The translations under genes were made by a program, and so were the position numbers. A DNA stretch of 64,000 nt from Dimorphilus gyrociliatus (taxonomy: Eukaryota; Animalia; Annelida): assembly GCA_904063045.1 (NCBI GenBank), contig CAJFCJ010000001.1, positions 2,666,001 through 2,730,000 of the forward strand, in the 5' to 3' direction. Position 1 is the first letter of the stretch; each line of letters begins with the position of its first letter. The notes below the pieces were generated by a model. That model saw only the letters and a program-made list of their open reading frames with translations. It was not told the origin of the DNA and ran no database searches. Below are positions 62,833 to 64,000 of this stretch, one piece after another.

Positions 62833-64000
62833 CTTGTTCGGTCAACTTTAAGCCGTATATTTTTTTTCCTTTAATTTAGAACACTTTAAAATAATTACAA
62901 ATGAAGAAAATTTTAGTAACTTTATTCTCTTATTTAAATTAGCCTTACTAAAAGTTTGGCTATAATTTTCATTTAGATTATAAAAAGTCATAACGTGTCA
63001 GTGTTCAATAAAGTCTTATTCACATTTAGAAAAAAAATCATTTGTTTTCTCTTTAACGGTTTTTATTCTTCTAAACATGCATGTCAACTTTCTAAAATTA
63101 ACAATAATGAAAACGGGTAAAACGTTTAATTCAAATCGATTAAAAAGCAATAAAGACCCGATACAATAGCAATAAAAACTGGTATTAAAGGAATAACTAA
63201 TTCAAACAAACAAGTTTCGTTTATTTACTAATATATGCAGTCTAATTGAAAGTTCTTCTTTGAAATAGGTAAGAAATTAAACAAGGTAGTTTGTCAAGTA
63301 AGAAACTTTATTATTATATTAGTATAAATAAAAACATAAGAAGATAACAATAGACGAAAAGAACTCTTTAACATGCGTTTATTTTAAATTATTAAATAAA
63401 TTAAAGTCTTTCTTTAATATATAGTATTTTGATTGAACGTAACGTAAACAATGTAAAGTATAACCTGAAAAGCATAAAGACAAACTTCGTAAAATATATA
63501 CTGTGATTGATTTTAATTATATATAATATATACAGTGTATATATACACCATATCCGATATGTAATCGCTTATCTTTAATATTAACTTTTAATAATTTATT
63601 ATATTCAAGAAAAATAACGGTTAAACAAATATTTAATAGCTTTATAAATAAAGGTTTCCCTTCTCTGATATTATTTTGGTTTTATTTCTTTTTCATTTGT
63701 AAATGAAAGTTGAAAAATATAAAAAACATTCTCAAATAGTTATTATTTTCTTTGTTTTTATAGTGAAAATGGGAAAAACGTCTCGTACTATTACAATTAT
63801 CATTTCTCTTAGAAATAATAATAAAAAAGAGTTTTAACAGTCTTTTTCTTAAATTTTAATAAAAACGGAAATACAAGAAAACTTTTCATATTTGCTTCGT
63901 TTATAATTGAATATCGTACAGACCTAAATATTTCTTTTTGATTATATTAATTAAATTTGATATTCTTTTCTTTAAATATAAAAAAGAGAGCGAAAGCAGA

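Noticed and set aside
1-64000. tRNA, rRNA, CRISPR arrays, LTR/LINE elements, or U12-type introns
   Set aside because: None was recognised by eye. The only repeats seen were microsatellites, the ABCC triplication, the 200-bp duplicate and the ZDHHC21 element.

Overview
This is AT-rich, very gene-dense animal genomic DNA with mostly 50-80 nt GT-AG introns and intergenic gaps often under 1 kb. It looks like a miniaturised bilaterian genome; a dwarf annelid such as Dimorphilus would fit, but that is only a guess. Gene order: FGFR-like receptor tyrosine kinase (-), intronless secreted clan GH-D-like hydrolase (-), STT3B (+), three tandem short-type ABCC transporters (-), RABEPK (-), a USP36/42-type deubiquitinase with a possible very long extension ending in a transposase-like module (+), HPS1 (+), CHID1 (-), MCPH1 (+), ZDHHC21 (-), SLC35C2 (+), FCF1 (+), a coiled-coil protein (-), an intronless GT91/BMT-like beta-propeller protein (-), EIF2S2 (-) and BORA (+). 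The most striking item is the only coding intron of ZDHHC21. It is a 138-bp element with terminal inverted repeats and a CAG target-site duplication, and its exact removal needs a non-canonical GG-AG splice, i.e. an Introner-like, transposon-made intron. Also notable are patchwork homogenisation among the ABCC copies, a duplicated ~200-bp promoter-like element flanking RABEPK, and two intronless carbohydrate-active genes unusual for animals. All gene models and family calls were made by eye, without alignments or database searches. I found no rRNA, tRNA or CRISPR array.
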